DNA of 64,000 nt from Candidatus Hydrogenedentota bacterium (lineage in GTDB: Bacteria; Hydrogenedentota; Hydrogenedentia; Hydrogenedentales; SLHB01): contig CAXXYE010000003.1 in assembly GCA_963674865.2 (NCBI GenBank), forward strand, positions 32,001-96,000. Reading direction: 5' to 3'. Both the position numbers and the translations under genes were made by a program. Below, in pieces: positions 47,508-57,341 of this stretch (position 1 is the stretch's first letter; the number at the start of each line of letters is the position of its first letter). A model generated the notes under the pieces. The model was not told where the DNA came from. It did not search any database and worked only from the letters and a program-made list of their open reading frames with translations.

Positions 47508-48539
47508 ATGAGGAGCCTGCGAACTATTGCTAACGAGGTCAATCGCGCGGCGAGCGCCTACCGCATGGGTGAGTTCCAGCTCATTCGCCAGCGCATCCAT
47601 GGACTTTCCCGGTCGAAGACGCGACAGATATTCACGGCTCAGACAATAAGGGACACATATGCATTTCACTCCGGCGGCCGGAAAGAGATCCAGTTCAATA
47701 TCGGTTTCGAGGGTGACGCCAAGGAGTATCTGCGATACGGGCTGGCGTTCTCGCTGGAACCAAGCCGGACGCTCCCTGAGCCACTGATGCTCAAGCCGAA
47801 GATCCTGAGGCTGAATGAATACATCAGCACGAACTCGTCGGAACTCGATGATCTGCGATTTTGGTACTACTTCAACGAGGACAGAAGCCCCTCCCGTCCC
47901 GTGACTCCGATTGCTGAGGCGCTGATCCGCAAGCGCACGTTCCTGTTCTTAGGAAAGATGTCGCCACGCGAGACGGTGCAGTCCCAGGAGATTCTGTTCC
48001 TGTTCGATCGCCTACTCTCAGCATATGAGTACGTGGAAGGCAACACGCCCCTACCGAAAACGCGGACAGATCTGCGCAAGGGACTTCAGTTCAAACCAGG
48101 TTGCTCCGAGAAAGCGCCTGCGTCAGTGCGTCATCCCGGCACCATGACGAAGTCTGTTACGCTTCGGCACACTGAGCTTGAGAAGGCCGTCTACACTATT
48201 CTCTTGCAGCGCCATGGAGAGGAGAACGTCGGGACGGAGAATGACACAGGCCGGGGCTCGCGAGTGGACTTGGTTGTGCGGGATGGCAAGCAACACATCT
48301 ACTATGAGATCAAGACAAGTCCAGACATCAGGACCTGCCTGCGCGAGGCAATTTCGCAGCTTCTAGAGTACTCGTATTGGCCCGGCGGCAACGAGGCCAC
48401 CGCTCTGGTCGTTGTGTCGGAGAATCCCATGACACACGACGCACGGAGATATCTGGCCACACTCAGGAATCGCTTCAATATCCCGATCTACTACCGGTAT
48501 CTCGAGATGGGATCAGGCACACTTGGGAAGCATGAATAG
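47508..48539 (+). CDS. Putative PD-(D/E)XK nuclease with uncharacterised N-terminal domain
   Basis: C-terminal E..RVDLV..YYEIKT..REAISQLLEY motif; GGAGG RBS before ATG 47508. Confidence 0.65.
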   Translation: MRSLRTIANEVNRAASAYRMGEFQLIRQRIHGLSRSKTRQIFTAQTIRDTYAFHSGGRKEIQFNIGFEGDAKEYLRYGLAFSLEPSRTLPEPLMLKPKILRLNEYISTNSSELDDLRFWYYFNEDRSPSRPVTPIAEALIRKRTFLFLGKMSPRETVQSQEILFLFDRLLSAYEYVEGNTPLPKTRTDLRKGLQFKPGCSEKAPASVRHPGTMTKSVTLRHTELEKAVYTILLQRHGEENVGTENDTGRGSRVDLVVRDGKQHIYYEIKTSPDIRTCLREAISQLLEYSYWPGGNEATALVVVSENPMTHDARRYLATLRNRFNIPIYYRYLEMGSGTLGKHE

Positions 48540-48545
48540 GGACAG

Positions 48546-48619
48546 CCCCAACATCGACCTTCAGGCCAGAAGGCCAGCGCGGATCGGGGCCATTCTTGCG
48601 CTGAGGTCAGGCATTGTAT
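48546..48619 (+). other. attC-like site 3 (degenerate)
   Basis: CCCCAAC-N5-CCTTCAG...CTGAGG-N6-ATTGTAT, 6 nt after the stop; CCCCAA is complementary to TTGGGG at the cassette start (47493). Confidence 0.5.
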
Positions 48620-48732
48620 CGTGCTGAAAGGAAGCGTCCCAACTAAGAAACACTATCCGCTTTGCGGCCTGGACTACTATGGCGGGACTCAGGACTTCAG
48701 GTGGTACTCACAGATGGTGATTCCTGTGGGCC

Positions 48733-48777
48733 AATCGGTGGCGCAAGGGTGTCAAGAACCCCGAGAACTATCTGCAA
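48733..48777 (+). pseudogene. Second, more degraded IntI C-terminal stub
   Basis: NRWRKGVKNPENYL followed by GGGGAGAACGAAGG, the same sequence that follows the 47328 stub. Confidence 0.5.
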
Positions 48778-48989
48778 CGGGGAGAACGAAGGGCCACTAG
48801 TACAGACGCCGTCTGTCTGTCTGTGTCCATTGCACAGCATGACTTAATGCTCTGTAAATAAAGGCTTTGGGCCAGTCTTGCCGAAGGGGTCATATGCCGC
48901 AATCGCGCGCATCGAGCGGGCGTCCTCCGTCCGTTGAGCCGCCGCCGGGCCGTTCCCCTATTGAAGAGAAGAAGGGAATCTGATACATC

Positions 48990-49727
48990 ATGTCCATGGA
49001 ACCTGAGAGCATACTCCACGATCTGACCCGTCGCACAGGCCAGGCCGTTGCACACTACTGGAGGACGCGAACCGGACAGCAAGACCGGCAACGCCAGACA
49101 GGCAAGGCTGACCAGGGATTGCGCAGCGCCGTAACCGGCGGCGCTCAGATGGATGGTTTCATCGACCTCTTCACGGAACTCATCGTAGCGACTGGGATTC
49201 CCGAGCGTTGCGTCTTCCGGAAGAAGGCCGTTGAATTGCCGGGATTCTTCCGTCCCACCAAGGAATGGGACCTGCTCGTCGTACGGGAGAAGACGCTGCT
49301 GGTTGCCATCGAGGCGAAGTCTCAGGGCGGGCCGTCGTTCGGGAACAACTTCAACAACCGAACCGAAGAGGCGATGGGAAGCGCCCTCGACTTATGGACT
49401 GCCTATCGGGAGCGCGCATACCTTGATAGCCCCCAGCCCTTTCTCGGCTACTTCTTCATGCTGGAGGATTGCCCCTTGTCCAACCGCCCCGTCAAGGTCA
49501 GGGAGCCGCATTTTCAGGTCTTCCCCGAATTCCTTGGCGCATCATACATGCGGCGGTACGAGGTATTCTGCCGCAAGCTCGTGCTGGAACGTCACTACAC
49601 TGCGGCAGCGTTTGTCTCATCCACGGCAACCGACGGCATCCAGGGACATTTCGCGACGCCGGCGGAGGACCTGTCCGTCGAGCGTTTCGCCAAGACCCTC
49701 GCGGCGCACGTGGCCGCCTTTGCCTAG
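48990..49727 (+). CDS. Type II restriction endonuclease, PaeR7I/XhoI family
   Basis: GKADQG.R.AVTGG..MDGF, LPGFFRPTKEWDLLV, EAKSQGGPSFGNNFNNRTEEAMG.A.DLWTAYRE, as in R.PaeR7I. Confidence 0.88.
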   Translation: MSMEPESILHDLTRRTGQAVAHYWRTRTGQQDRQRQTGKADQGLRSAVTGGAQMDGFIDLFTELIVATGIPERCVFRKKAVELPGFFRPTKEWDLLVVREKTLLVAIEAKSQGGPSFGNNFNNRTEEAMGSALDLWTAYRERAYLDSPQPFLGYFFMLEDCPLSNRPVKVREPHFQVFPEFLGASYMRRYEVFCRKLVLERHYTAAAFVSSTATDGIQGHFATPAEDLSVERFAKTLAAHVAAFA

Positions 49728-49731
49728 AGCC

Positions 49732-50640
49732 ATGGAGACCACCGTTCATAGACTCATTAACGGGGATGCCAGAGAGCTTGCATTCCTCGATGACGCGTCC
49801 GTTCATCTCGTGGTGACGTCCCCTCCCTACTGGAACCTGAAACGCTATAACGAGAATCCAGACCAGTTGGGACACATACAGGACTATGAGGCCTTTCTGT
49901 TCGAGTTGGAAAAGGTGTGGCGGCATGTCTACCGCATACTCGTTCCCGGCGGAAGACTTGTTTGCGTGGTTGGGGATGTCTGCGTCGCCCGGCGGAAGTT
50001 CGGCCGCCATCTCGTCTTTCCTCTCCATGCCGACATCTGCGTTGTCTGTCGACGGATCGGATTCGACAATCTCAATCCGATCATCTGGCACAAGATCGCC
50101 AACGCCTCCTATGAGGTCGAGAACGGTTCGAAGTTTCTTGGGAAGCCCTATGAACCAAATGCCATCATCAAGAATGACATGGAGTTCATCTTGATGCAGC
50201 GGAAACCGGGAGGCTATCGGAAACCCACGAACGAGCAACGCGAAGCAAGCAGAATCGAAAAGGAGACATTTGATCGCTGGTTTCAGCAGATCTGGAACAT
50301 AACCGGGGCCTCCACCAAGAAGCACCCGGCCCCGTATCCTCTGGAGTTGGCGACGCGCCTTGTCCGGATGTTCTCCTTCACGGATGACACGGTTCTCGAT
50401 CCCTTCTGTGGCTCCGGCACCACCATGGTTGCCGCCTTGCGAAACGGGCGCAACAGCATCGGGATCGAGATCGATCCCGACTACTGCCACATGGCCGCCC
50501 GCTACCTGAAGGCGGAAACGGCGGATCTTTTCTCGACAGCGGAACTTCGCTTTGAGAAGGCGCCCACCGAGACAACTGCCATGGTGCGAGAAGACAAAGC
50601 ACTGTACGAAGTACGGCCCGCCAAGAAGAAGCTCGAATAG
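49732..50640 (+). CDS. N4/N6 DNA methyltransferase, beta class
   Basis: VVTSPPYW precedes HPAPYP and VLDPFCGSGTT; starts 4 nt after the REase stop. Confidence 0.93.
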   Translation: METTVHRLINGDARELAFLDDASVHLVVTSPPYWNLKRYNENPDQLGHIQDYEAFLFELEKVWRHVYRILVPGGRLVCVVGDVCVARRKFGRHLVFPLHADICVVCRRIGFDNLNPIIWHKIANASYEVENGSKFLGKPYEPNAIIKNDMEFILMQRKPGGYRKPTNEQREASRIEKETFDRWFQQIWNITGASTKKHPAPYPLELATRLVRMFSFTDDTVLDPFCGSGTTMVAALRNGRNSIGIEIDPDYCHMAARYLKAETADLFSTAELRFEKAPTETTAMVREDKALYEVRPAKKKLE

Positions 50641-50787
50641 GCAAGCCATCCTGCATCGCCTTGCCACGCGGAATTCTCCCTCATGAAGGCCCGCACGCCG
50701 TGGCGTGGTACAATCCACGGCATGGCGGGGCGTTGGCCCAAGGCGAGGCGCGCGCGCCTCTTGGCACAGTGAAGGCAGGGATGAGTC

Positions 50788-52836
50788 ATGGCCGGTATGC
50801 TTCCGTTTCTTGCGGCGATCTCCGTTTTGGCGGCTGATGTGCAAGCCAATCCGGCTCGCGAGATCCTATTCGATGATGATTTCAGCGGGTTGCCGACGGG
50901 CCTGCTCGGCAGCGTACTCGGCGCTCATGCGGAGTACCACTACCTGCCCGAAACGGCGCCCAAGGGCTTCTGGGGCATCACCGCGTTCCGCTCGGATCCC
51001 GGCTCGCAACGGGCCTGGCGCGTCTGTCGCGAGGATGGGCGCGCGGTGTTGGTGCAGTCCTACGAGAACACGAAGAACTACACGCATCCCATGATCATCG
51101 CGGGCGACCCGCTGTGGTCGGACTACACGATTACCGTCCGTTTCGCGCCGGAGAGCGACGCAGGCCAGAGCGGCATCATGTTCCGCTATCGGAATAACCG
51201 GTGCTATTACTTCTTCGGCGTGGACGGGCCGAAAGTCGTCCTCAAGATGGTGCGCCACGCGACCGCATTCCACGAGCCGTACGAGGAGATTCTGGCGGAG
51301 CAGGACTACGCCTGGACGCCCGGCGAGTACCTCACGGCCGAGGTCGCCGTCGCCGGGAGCCACATCCGGGCCAAGCTCGACGGGGCCGTGCTCGAAGCCG
51401 ATGACGCCACCTACACGGCGGGCAAGATCGGGCTCACATCGGACATCCCCACCCGCTTCTCACGGGTGACGGTGGAAACCACGCCCGAAGTGCGAAAGCG
51501 CATCAATACGCTCATCAGGAGCCGCGAAGCGGAGCGGGCGGCCCTCCAGGCCGAGAATCCGAAACCCGTCGTGTGGAAGAAGATCAAAACCGAAGGCTTC
51601 GGCGTGGGGCGGAATCTCCGCTTCGGCGACCTGACGGGGGACGGCCAGGTCGATGTCCTTATCGGCCAGGTGATTCACCACGGGCCGAAAGACCGCAACA
51701 GCGAACTCAGTTGCCTCACGGCGATGACCTTCGATGGCGATATCCTGTGGCAAATCGGGGAGCCGGATCCGTGGAGAGACCACCTCACAAATGATGTGGG
51801 ATTCCAGATCCACGACTTCGACGGCGACGGCCGGAACGAGGTGGTCTATTGCATGGGCTGCGAACTCATCGTGGCCGACGGCTCCACGGGCAAGACGAAG
51901 TTCAAGGCGCCGACGCCCGAATCGCCCAAAGACAGCAAGCCGCCGTACAACCGGTTTCCGCGCATCTTGGGCGACAGCCTGTATTTCTGCGACCTGCGCG
52001 GGCAGGGCCGCGCGGGCGATGTCATCATCAAGGATCGCTACCAGCACCTGTGGGCGTTGAACGACCGCTTCGAGGTCCTGTGGGACGCCGAGTGCAACAC
52101 CGGCCACTATCCCTACGCCTACGACGTGGACGGCGACGGCAAGGACGAACTGGCCATCGGATACTCCCTGTTCGACCACGACGGCAAGGTCCTCTGGACG
52201 CTCGACGAGGTTCTCAAAGACCACGCCGACGGCGTCGCCATCGCGAAGTTCTCCGATGACAAGGACGCCGAGCCGAGGGTGCTATGCGCCGCGAGCGACG
52301 AGGGCATGATCTCTATCGACCTGCGCGGCAAGATCCTCAAACACCACTACCTCGGCCACGTCCAGAATCCGGCCATCGCCAATTTCCGGCCCGATAAGCC
52401 CGGCCTCGAGGCCGTTTCCGTCAATTTCTGGGGAAATCAGGGGATTATCCACCTGTTCGACGCGGAAGGGAACGTCTATCACGACTTCGAGCCCTTCCAG
52501 CATGGAAGCCTGTGCCTGCCCGTCAACTGGGTGGGCGGGGGACAGGAGTACTTCGTGCTCTCCGCCAACGTCGAGGATGGGGGACTCTTCGACGGTTGGG
52601 GCCGGCGCGTCGTCGCATTTCCCGCCGACGGCCACCCGGACATGTGCTACGCGGTGCTGGATATCACCGGCGACTGCCGCGACGAGATCGTCGTCTGGGA
52701 CCCCTACGAGTTGTGGATCTACACGCAGGACGACAATCCCAAGTCCGGCCGCCTCTACAGACCCCGCCGCAACCCCCTCTACAACGACTCCAATTACCAG
52801 GCCATCGTTTCACTGCCGGGCTGGACGGAAGAATAG
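50788..52836 (+). CDS. Secreted protein with a beta-sandwich domain plus a rhamnogalacturonan-lyase-like/FG-GAP beta-propeller
   Basis: Repeated DxxGDGxxE motifs (DLTGDGQVD, DFDGDGRNE, DVDGDGKDE, DITGDCRDE); N-terminal hydrophobic segment. Confidence 0.6.
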   Translation: MAGMLPFLAAISVLAADVQANPAREILFDDDFSGLPTGLLGSVLGAHAEYHYLPETAPKGFWGITAFRSDPGSQRAWRVCREDGRAVLVQSYENTKNYTHPMIIAGDPLWSDYTITVRFAPESDAGQSGIMFRYRNNRCYYFFGVDGPKVVLKMVRHATAFHEPYEEILAEQDYAWTPGEYLTAEVAVAGSHIRAKLDGAVLEADDATYTAGKIGLTSDIPTRFSRVTVETTPEVRKRINTLIRSREAERAALQAENPKPVVWKKIKTEGFGVGRNLRFGDLTGDGQVDVLIGQVIHHGPKDRNSELSCLTAMTFDGDILWQIGEPDPWRDHLTNDVGFQIHDFDGDGRNEVVYCMGCELIVADGSTGKTKFKAPTPESPKDSKPPYNRFPRILGDSLYFCDLRGQGRAGDVIIKDRYQHLWALNDRFEVLWDAECNTGHYPYAYDVDGDGKDELAIGYSLFDHDGKVLWTLDEVLKDHADGVAIAKFSDDKDAEPRVLCAASDEGMISIDLRGKILKHHYLGHVQNPAIANFRPDKPGLEAVSVNFWGNQGIIHLFDAEGNVYHDFEPFQHGSLCLPVNWVGGGQEYFVLSANVEDGGLFDGWGRRVVAFPADGHPDMCYAVLDITGDCRDEIVVWDPYELWIYTQDDNPKSGRLYRPRRNPLYNDSNYQAIVSLPGWTEE

Positions 52837-53071
52837 CGAATCCCGGTAAGTCATCAGGTTGAGGGCGAACAAGCTGCGCCGAACTCTCTGTTGCGCGTTT
52901 ATTTTCGCACTTTTCCCATATCTCCGCGCCTGAAGGGCGACCATCTTGCAGTGGCATTGCATAATATATGCAGTGAGGATGCAGGAGAGGGAAATACGTA
53001 GCCACGCCGTCCCCGGCGCTCGGAATCTGGGCCCCCTTTCTCCAACGGCTCTTCACACGCCCTGAAGGAAC

Positions 53072-55174
53072 TCACCGCGGGCCAAAGTCGACTTCGGTGA
53101 CGGCGTTGGCCCGGATGGTTACCCGTTTGGGCGGATAGACGAGTTCCCACCCCGCGCCGATGCTGCCGAGCGCTGGGGCCGCCATGTAATCGCCGGGCGG
53201 CAGGCACCGGAGATAGTACTCCAAGTGCCGGATCTGCACGTGGCTGATCACCGTGGCCAGGCCCCTTGCCAACGCCGTCACAGGCTCCTCGGACAACACA
53301 TCCTCCAAGGGTGCATCAGCGATCCAAATCCAGGCCCTTGCGCCAGGTGGGAAGACAGAGGGGGATTCCGGTATTGCCATCTTCCCGTGAATCCCGCCCG
53401 TCTCGCCGCCTCTCAGGCTTACAGAGAGTGTTTCACCTGCGCGGACGGCGCCGAAATGCGGATAGGCTGTATAGACGGTACCTTCGTTTCGGTAGTACTC
53501 CGGCTCGGCCGCGTGAGGTGTGAGAGTGGTGATTGCGGCGCTATAGGCGCCGGGGCCTACGCGGAACGAGAAGGTATACGGATCGCCCTCCGCCGCCGAA
53601 GTGGTGCTGAAACAGGAGCATGGGCGCATCGAAGCCGGTTCAGCGTACAGACATACTTCCCAGAGCGTCTCGAAGGCGTTTGACGCGTTCGTCATCGAGA
53701 AATCGTAGGCCGGCTCATAACTCAGAACGACCTCGCCGCCCTTCTCCAAGGCAATCCGAACGCCTTCGGTTTTCCGGTTCGGCTCGATGTTGATATCGGG
53801 CGCGTATCCTGGCGCGTAGCCTTTCGCGCGTGCTTCGAGCGTCCCGTTTCCAGCAAACACGCGCTCCAAAAAAAAGCGCCCCTTCTTATCCGTCAACGCG
53901 CCCACCGAAGAACGCCGACGCCCCCCGTAGTAGCGGAACGCGGGCGAATCGCTCGATACCATCTCGACGTGCGCCCTCGGAATCGGCTCCTCCGTCGCCT
54001 TGTCGACGACGACCCCAGTCACCTGCCCGAGTTCCCCGATCTTCTCAAGGACAATGTCCGCTTTCTCCGAGCCTGCGGGAACGTCGTCGAGTCTGCCGAG
54101 GCGGTACTCCGGGTGCGCGAAGAGGAGGGTAGAGCCTTCATCGGAATCCAGGGGGACTACACCGAACAAATAGCGGCCTCTCGCATCTGTGAATGTGGAG
54201 AGCAAGTTGTTCTGTACATGCACATCCTCGATGGGGTCGCCGTCCACGTCATACACGTGTCCGGATATGTTCCCCCTATCAAAAGGCAGGACCAATTCCA
54301 CATCCTCTACCTTCTCATTGGGCAACAGTTCTACCTCCCAGTACTCGCCGATAAGATCGCGAGAGATGCGAGTAGCGCCAAGATGTGCATCGACGTGGAA
54401 GTAATAGCGGCCCGGCGCGAGGCCGGTTGACTCGAAGAGGCCCTTGTCGTCAGCGATGGCCTGCACTACCGTGCCTTTGACTTCCTCGGCCATCAGAACG
54501 AAGTACACGCGTGCGGCCGGTACGGGAGTCCCGTCGAACAGCGATACGGAGCCCGCGATCTGCCCTGTGCCGTCAGGCACGAGCGGCGATAGCTGGAAGT
54601 CGAGCACAACCGGCGTCTTATCACCGATGAGCGCCTTCTTCGTCATGGCGCCATAGCCCTCCGCGCTCGCCCGCACGCGCCAGGGCACGGAACCGGACCT
54701 CAAGGCCGCGAATGCTTTTTCCGCAGCCACGGACACTACGGCACTTCCTGACAGAGCACGGTGACGAAACTCCGCTTCCCGGATAGCGGCGTCATCAATG
54801 GTTCGGATGATCGGGATCTCAAGGCGGTAGGCGCCGGCTTCGTCTGTGGTCGTGCCGTCAACTTCAACCGAGCCGAGCTGATCCGGAAAGAGTGCGGATA
54901 GAGTCTTGGACAATCCTGCGCTTACCTGGGCGCTCGCGATGGGCACGCCATCTTCCGCATATACGTGCCCCGCCAGCACGATATGCGTCAGCGTTGGCGC
55001 CACGGCCGGCTTTGGCGGCTCGGGCGGAGGTGTCTGTGTCGATGCCTCCGGAACGGCGACTTCCTCAGTCTCACCCGGAGCATGCCGAGGAGGCGTTTCC
55101 CGTTCCCGCAGCAGGAGCAAGACAGCCAACAGCGCGATGAAAACGACAACCGCGATAGCCCATCTGGCTCTCAT
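53072..55174 (-). CDS. Membrane-anchored carboxypeptidase-regulatory-like domain repeat protein
   Basis: N-terminal anchor; repeated G.V.D..G.PI..A.V...TD..GRY units. Confidence 0.7.
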   Translation of the reverse strand: MRARWAIAVVVFIALLAVLLLLRERETPPRHAPGETEEVAVPEASTQTPPPEPPKPAVAPTLTHIVLAGHVYAEDGVPIASAQVSAGLSKTLSALFPDQLGSVEVDGTTTDEAGAYRLEIPIIRTIDDAAIREAEFRHRALSGSAVVSVAAEKAFAALRSGSVPWRVRASAEGYGAMTKKALIGDKTPVVLDFQLSPLVPDGTGQIAGSVSLFDGTPVPAARVYFVLMAEEVKGTVVQAIADDKGLFESTGLAPGRYYFHVDAHLGATRISRDLIGEYWEVELLPNEKVEDVELVLPFDRGNISGHVYDVDGDPIEDVHVQNNLLSTFTDARGRYLFGVVPLDSDEGSTLLFAHPEYRLGRLDDVPAGSEKADIVLEKIGELGQVTGVVVDKATEEPIPRAHVEMVSSDSPAFRYYGGRRRSSVGALTDKKGRFFLERVFAGNGTLEARAKGYAPGYAPDINIEPNRKTEGVRIALEKGGEVVLSYEPAYDFSMTNASNAFETLWEVCLYAEPASMRPCSCFSTTSAAEGDPYTFSFRVGPGAYSAAITTLTPHAAEPEYYRNEGTVYTAYPHFGAVRAGETLSVSLRGGETGGIHGKMAIPESPSVFPPGARAWIWIADAPLEDVLSEEPVTALARGLATVISHVQIRHLEYYLRCLPPGDYMAAPALGSIGAGWELVYPPKRVTIRANAVTEVDFGPR

Positions 55175-55226
55175 CTACACCCCCGGTGATGTTTGCCGTG
55201 GCAACTGTCCCTGAGAACACGTTCCT

Positions 55227-57098
55227 TTACGGCGCGGTGCTGAATTTCAGATCCCGGATAGGCTCCCCCTTGGCATCGGTAATGCGGAACACGAAGCCCC
55301 AGTTGAGCAGGCCGTTGGTTATCTTGAGCAGGATCGGCGTGGTGCCTTCGGGCAAGGTCACCGGCGCGACGTCGCGGTCGAGGATCGCCGTTCCCTCAAA
55401 GGGGTAGTCGTAAACCAACTTGCCGCCGACCCACATCTTCCCGGCGTCATTGGTGCCCAATCGAATCTGGACATCCATCGCTTGCGGCGCCGTCACGTAG
55501 CACAGCGCGTAGGCCGTCACGTGCTCCGTTGGCTCGTAGATGCTCTTGAAATTCACCGAGGTGGCGCTGCCGGCCTGCCGGTGCGGAGTCCATCGCACCT
55601 TGCCCTCTACGCCTTCGTATTCGGCGCTCAGGTCGATCTCCTGCTCAGGCGGAAACACGGTGTGATGTCCCTCGAATTCGCCGGGGCTGGGGAATGGCCC
55701 GATGATCATCCAGTCTGTCTGCGTATTGAAATGCGCCTTGAGGTCGACGACCTCGCCGTGGAAGAGGCGCAGTCCGAGGTCCCAGATGTCGTCCGTGGAG
55801 CGTTCATCCGCCCCGGCGCCGAGCAGGTTCTTAGGCATGAGGCCGACGCGCACCTTGTCGTCGGGGGCGGCTACCTGCGGCGTTGGTAGGACGCCGAGAT
55901 CCGCTGAGTAGTCCCGCAGGGCCTTCCGGCGGAGTTCCTTGGCCAAGGCCACATATTTCGGCGTCGTGACGACGTCTCTCTTCGTGAGCACGTCCAGGTA
56001 GGCGTTGATGTCCTTGTCGCCCGTGTACTTCTCCAACTCGCGGCCGATGCATTGCTCCTGGCAGTAGGAGCCGTAGATCCAGCTATAGCGCGGCGACATC
56101 ATGAGTGTTGCGGCGTATCCTTGGCGGAAGGCTTCGAGGTCCATCGTCGGCCCGAACAGGCGCACGTCATCCGAGCCGAAAGGCCAGAAGCCGGCCGCGA
56201 TGGTGCACTTCTCCATCCAGTACTTCGTGGCGCGCTTGCTGAGGGCCTTATGGAAGAGTACGTTCGGCAACCAGGCGTGGCCCAGCGCGTACCGAATGTT
56301 GGCGCACCGGTACGTGGACTCCATGCAGTAATGGATGCCCTCCGGCGCATCGCGCCGCGCGGCTTCCTCGATCCAGGCGCAATGAATAATGTTCCCCAGT
56401 CCGAGGCCCTGCTCGGGAAACGTCAGGAAAACCATATCGGGGAATTCGTCGTACAGGATCTGGATGACGCGCGTCATCCGCTCATCGATCTTGTCAACCA
56501 AGTCCTCGCGCGTATAGCCGTCGTAGGTATAGCCCTCCCAGTCGTAGCTGTACTGCTCGCCCACGTACTCGATGTCGAGGGCGATGCCGGTGAAATCGGC
56601 CTCCCGCGCGAAAATCGCGAACTGCCGGAAGTTGTTGTCGATTCGCTGCCAGGCCACGTCGTTGAACCACTCAAAACAGTGATCAAAGGAAATCTTCAGG
56701 AACGTCTCCGAGCCGATGCGATTGCAGATCGCCGCGGCCTGTTTTGCCTCTTGCAAGGTTTCATCCGACTCGCCGATAGTCCAGGGCTTGCCGTCGCGCG
56801 CCCAGATGTCGGTGGACCACTCACGGGCGACGTAGTCGACGAAGAACGCCTGTACGCCCCGGCGCGCCCAGGTTTCGGCATCGGCGATGATATTGTCCAC
56901 ACCGGCGCCGAAGAAGATGATCTTGGGGAGGGATAGCTCATCGGACTGGCCGTAGGTGAGCCCCGGCATGGGCGTCTCCGACTCCTCGCGCATCAGGAGC
57001 ACTCTCGGGACGGCCTCGACGCCGGCCTCCTCCGATTCCGCCGCGACGAAACACGCCGCGATTGCCAGTAGGATCAACACTGAGGATACTTTGTTCAT
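55227..57098 (-). CDS. Secreted hypothetical protein (TIM-barrel-like region plus C-terminal beta-sandwich)
   Basis: Signal peptide; GIALDIEY; C-terminal WMIIGPF...AYA...LGTND..K.W..G domain; function unknown. Confidence 0.6.
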   Translation of the reverse strand: MNKVSSVLILLAIAACFVAAESEEAGVEAVPRVLLMREESETPMPGLTYGQSDELSLPKIIFFGAGVDNIIADAETWARRGVQAFFVDYVAREWSTDIWARDGKPWTIGESDETLQEAKQAAAICNRIGSETFLKISFDHCFEWFNDVAWQRIDNNFRQFAIFAREADFTGIALDIEYVGEQYSYDWEGYTYDGYTREDLVDKIDERMTRVIQILYDEFPDMVFLTFPEQGLGLGNIIHCAWIEEAARRDAPEGIHYCMESTYRCANIRYALGHAWLPNVLFHKALSKRATKYWMEKCTIAAGFWPFGSDDVRLFGPTMDLEAFRQGYAATLMMSPRYSWIYGSYCQEQCIGRELEKYTGDKDINAYLDVLTKRDVVTTPKYVALAKELRRKALRDYSADLGVLPTPQVAAPDDKVRVGLMPKNLLGAGADERSTDDIWDLGLRLFHGEVVDLKAHFNTQTDWMIIGPFPSPGEFEGHHTVFPPEQEIDLSAEYEGVEGKVRWTPHRQAGSATSVNFKSIYEPTEHVTAYALCYVTAPQAMDVQIRLGTNDAGKMWVGGKLVYDYPFEGTAILDRDVAPVTLPEGTTPILLKITNGLLNWGFVFRITDAKGEPIRDLKFSTAP

Positions 57099-57341
57099 GA
57101 TGCGCCTCACTTACACGTTCTGACTTGCCATGGAGGGATGTCCGGCCACCAAGTCACTTTCGCACGAAACCGGAAAGAAAGGCAAGTTTCGCTGCTTCGG
57201 GGGTGCGTCAAGGAGGAGGCCAGGAGTCGTGTCCCATGGCCTTGTGTCCGCCCGACTGACGTGGCATAGTGCTGAAGCAAGACGGGCAACACGACGCGGG
57301 GATCTTCGTGTGGAAACACGGAAGGCCGGGGAGGACAGGCT

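Noticed and set aside
50641..50787. attC site after the R-M methyltransferase
   Set aside because: No convincing AAC...GTT hairpin, so cassette status of the R-M pair rests only on the upstream platform.
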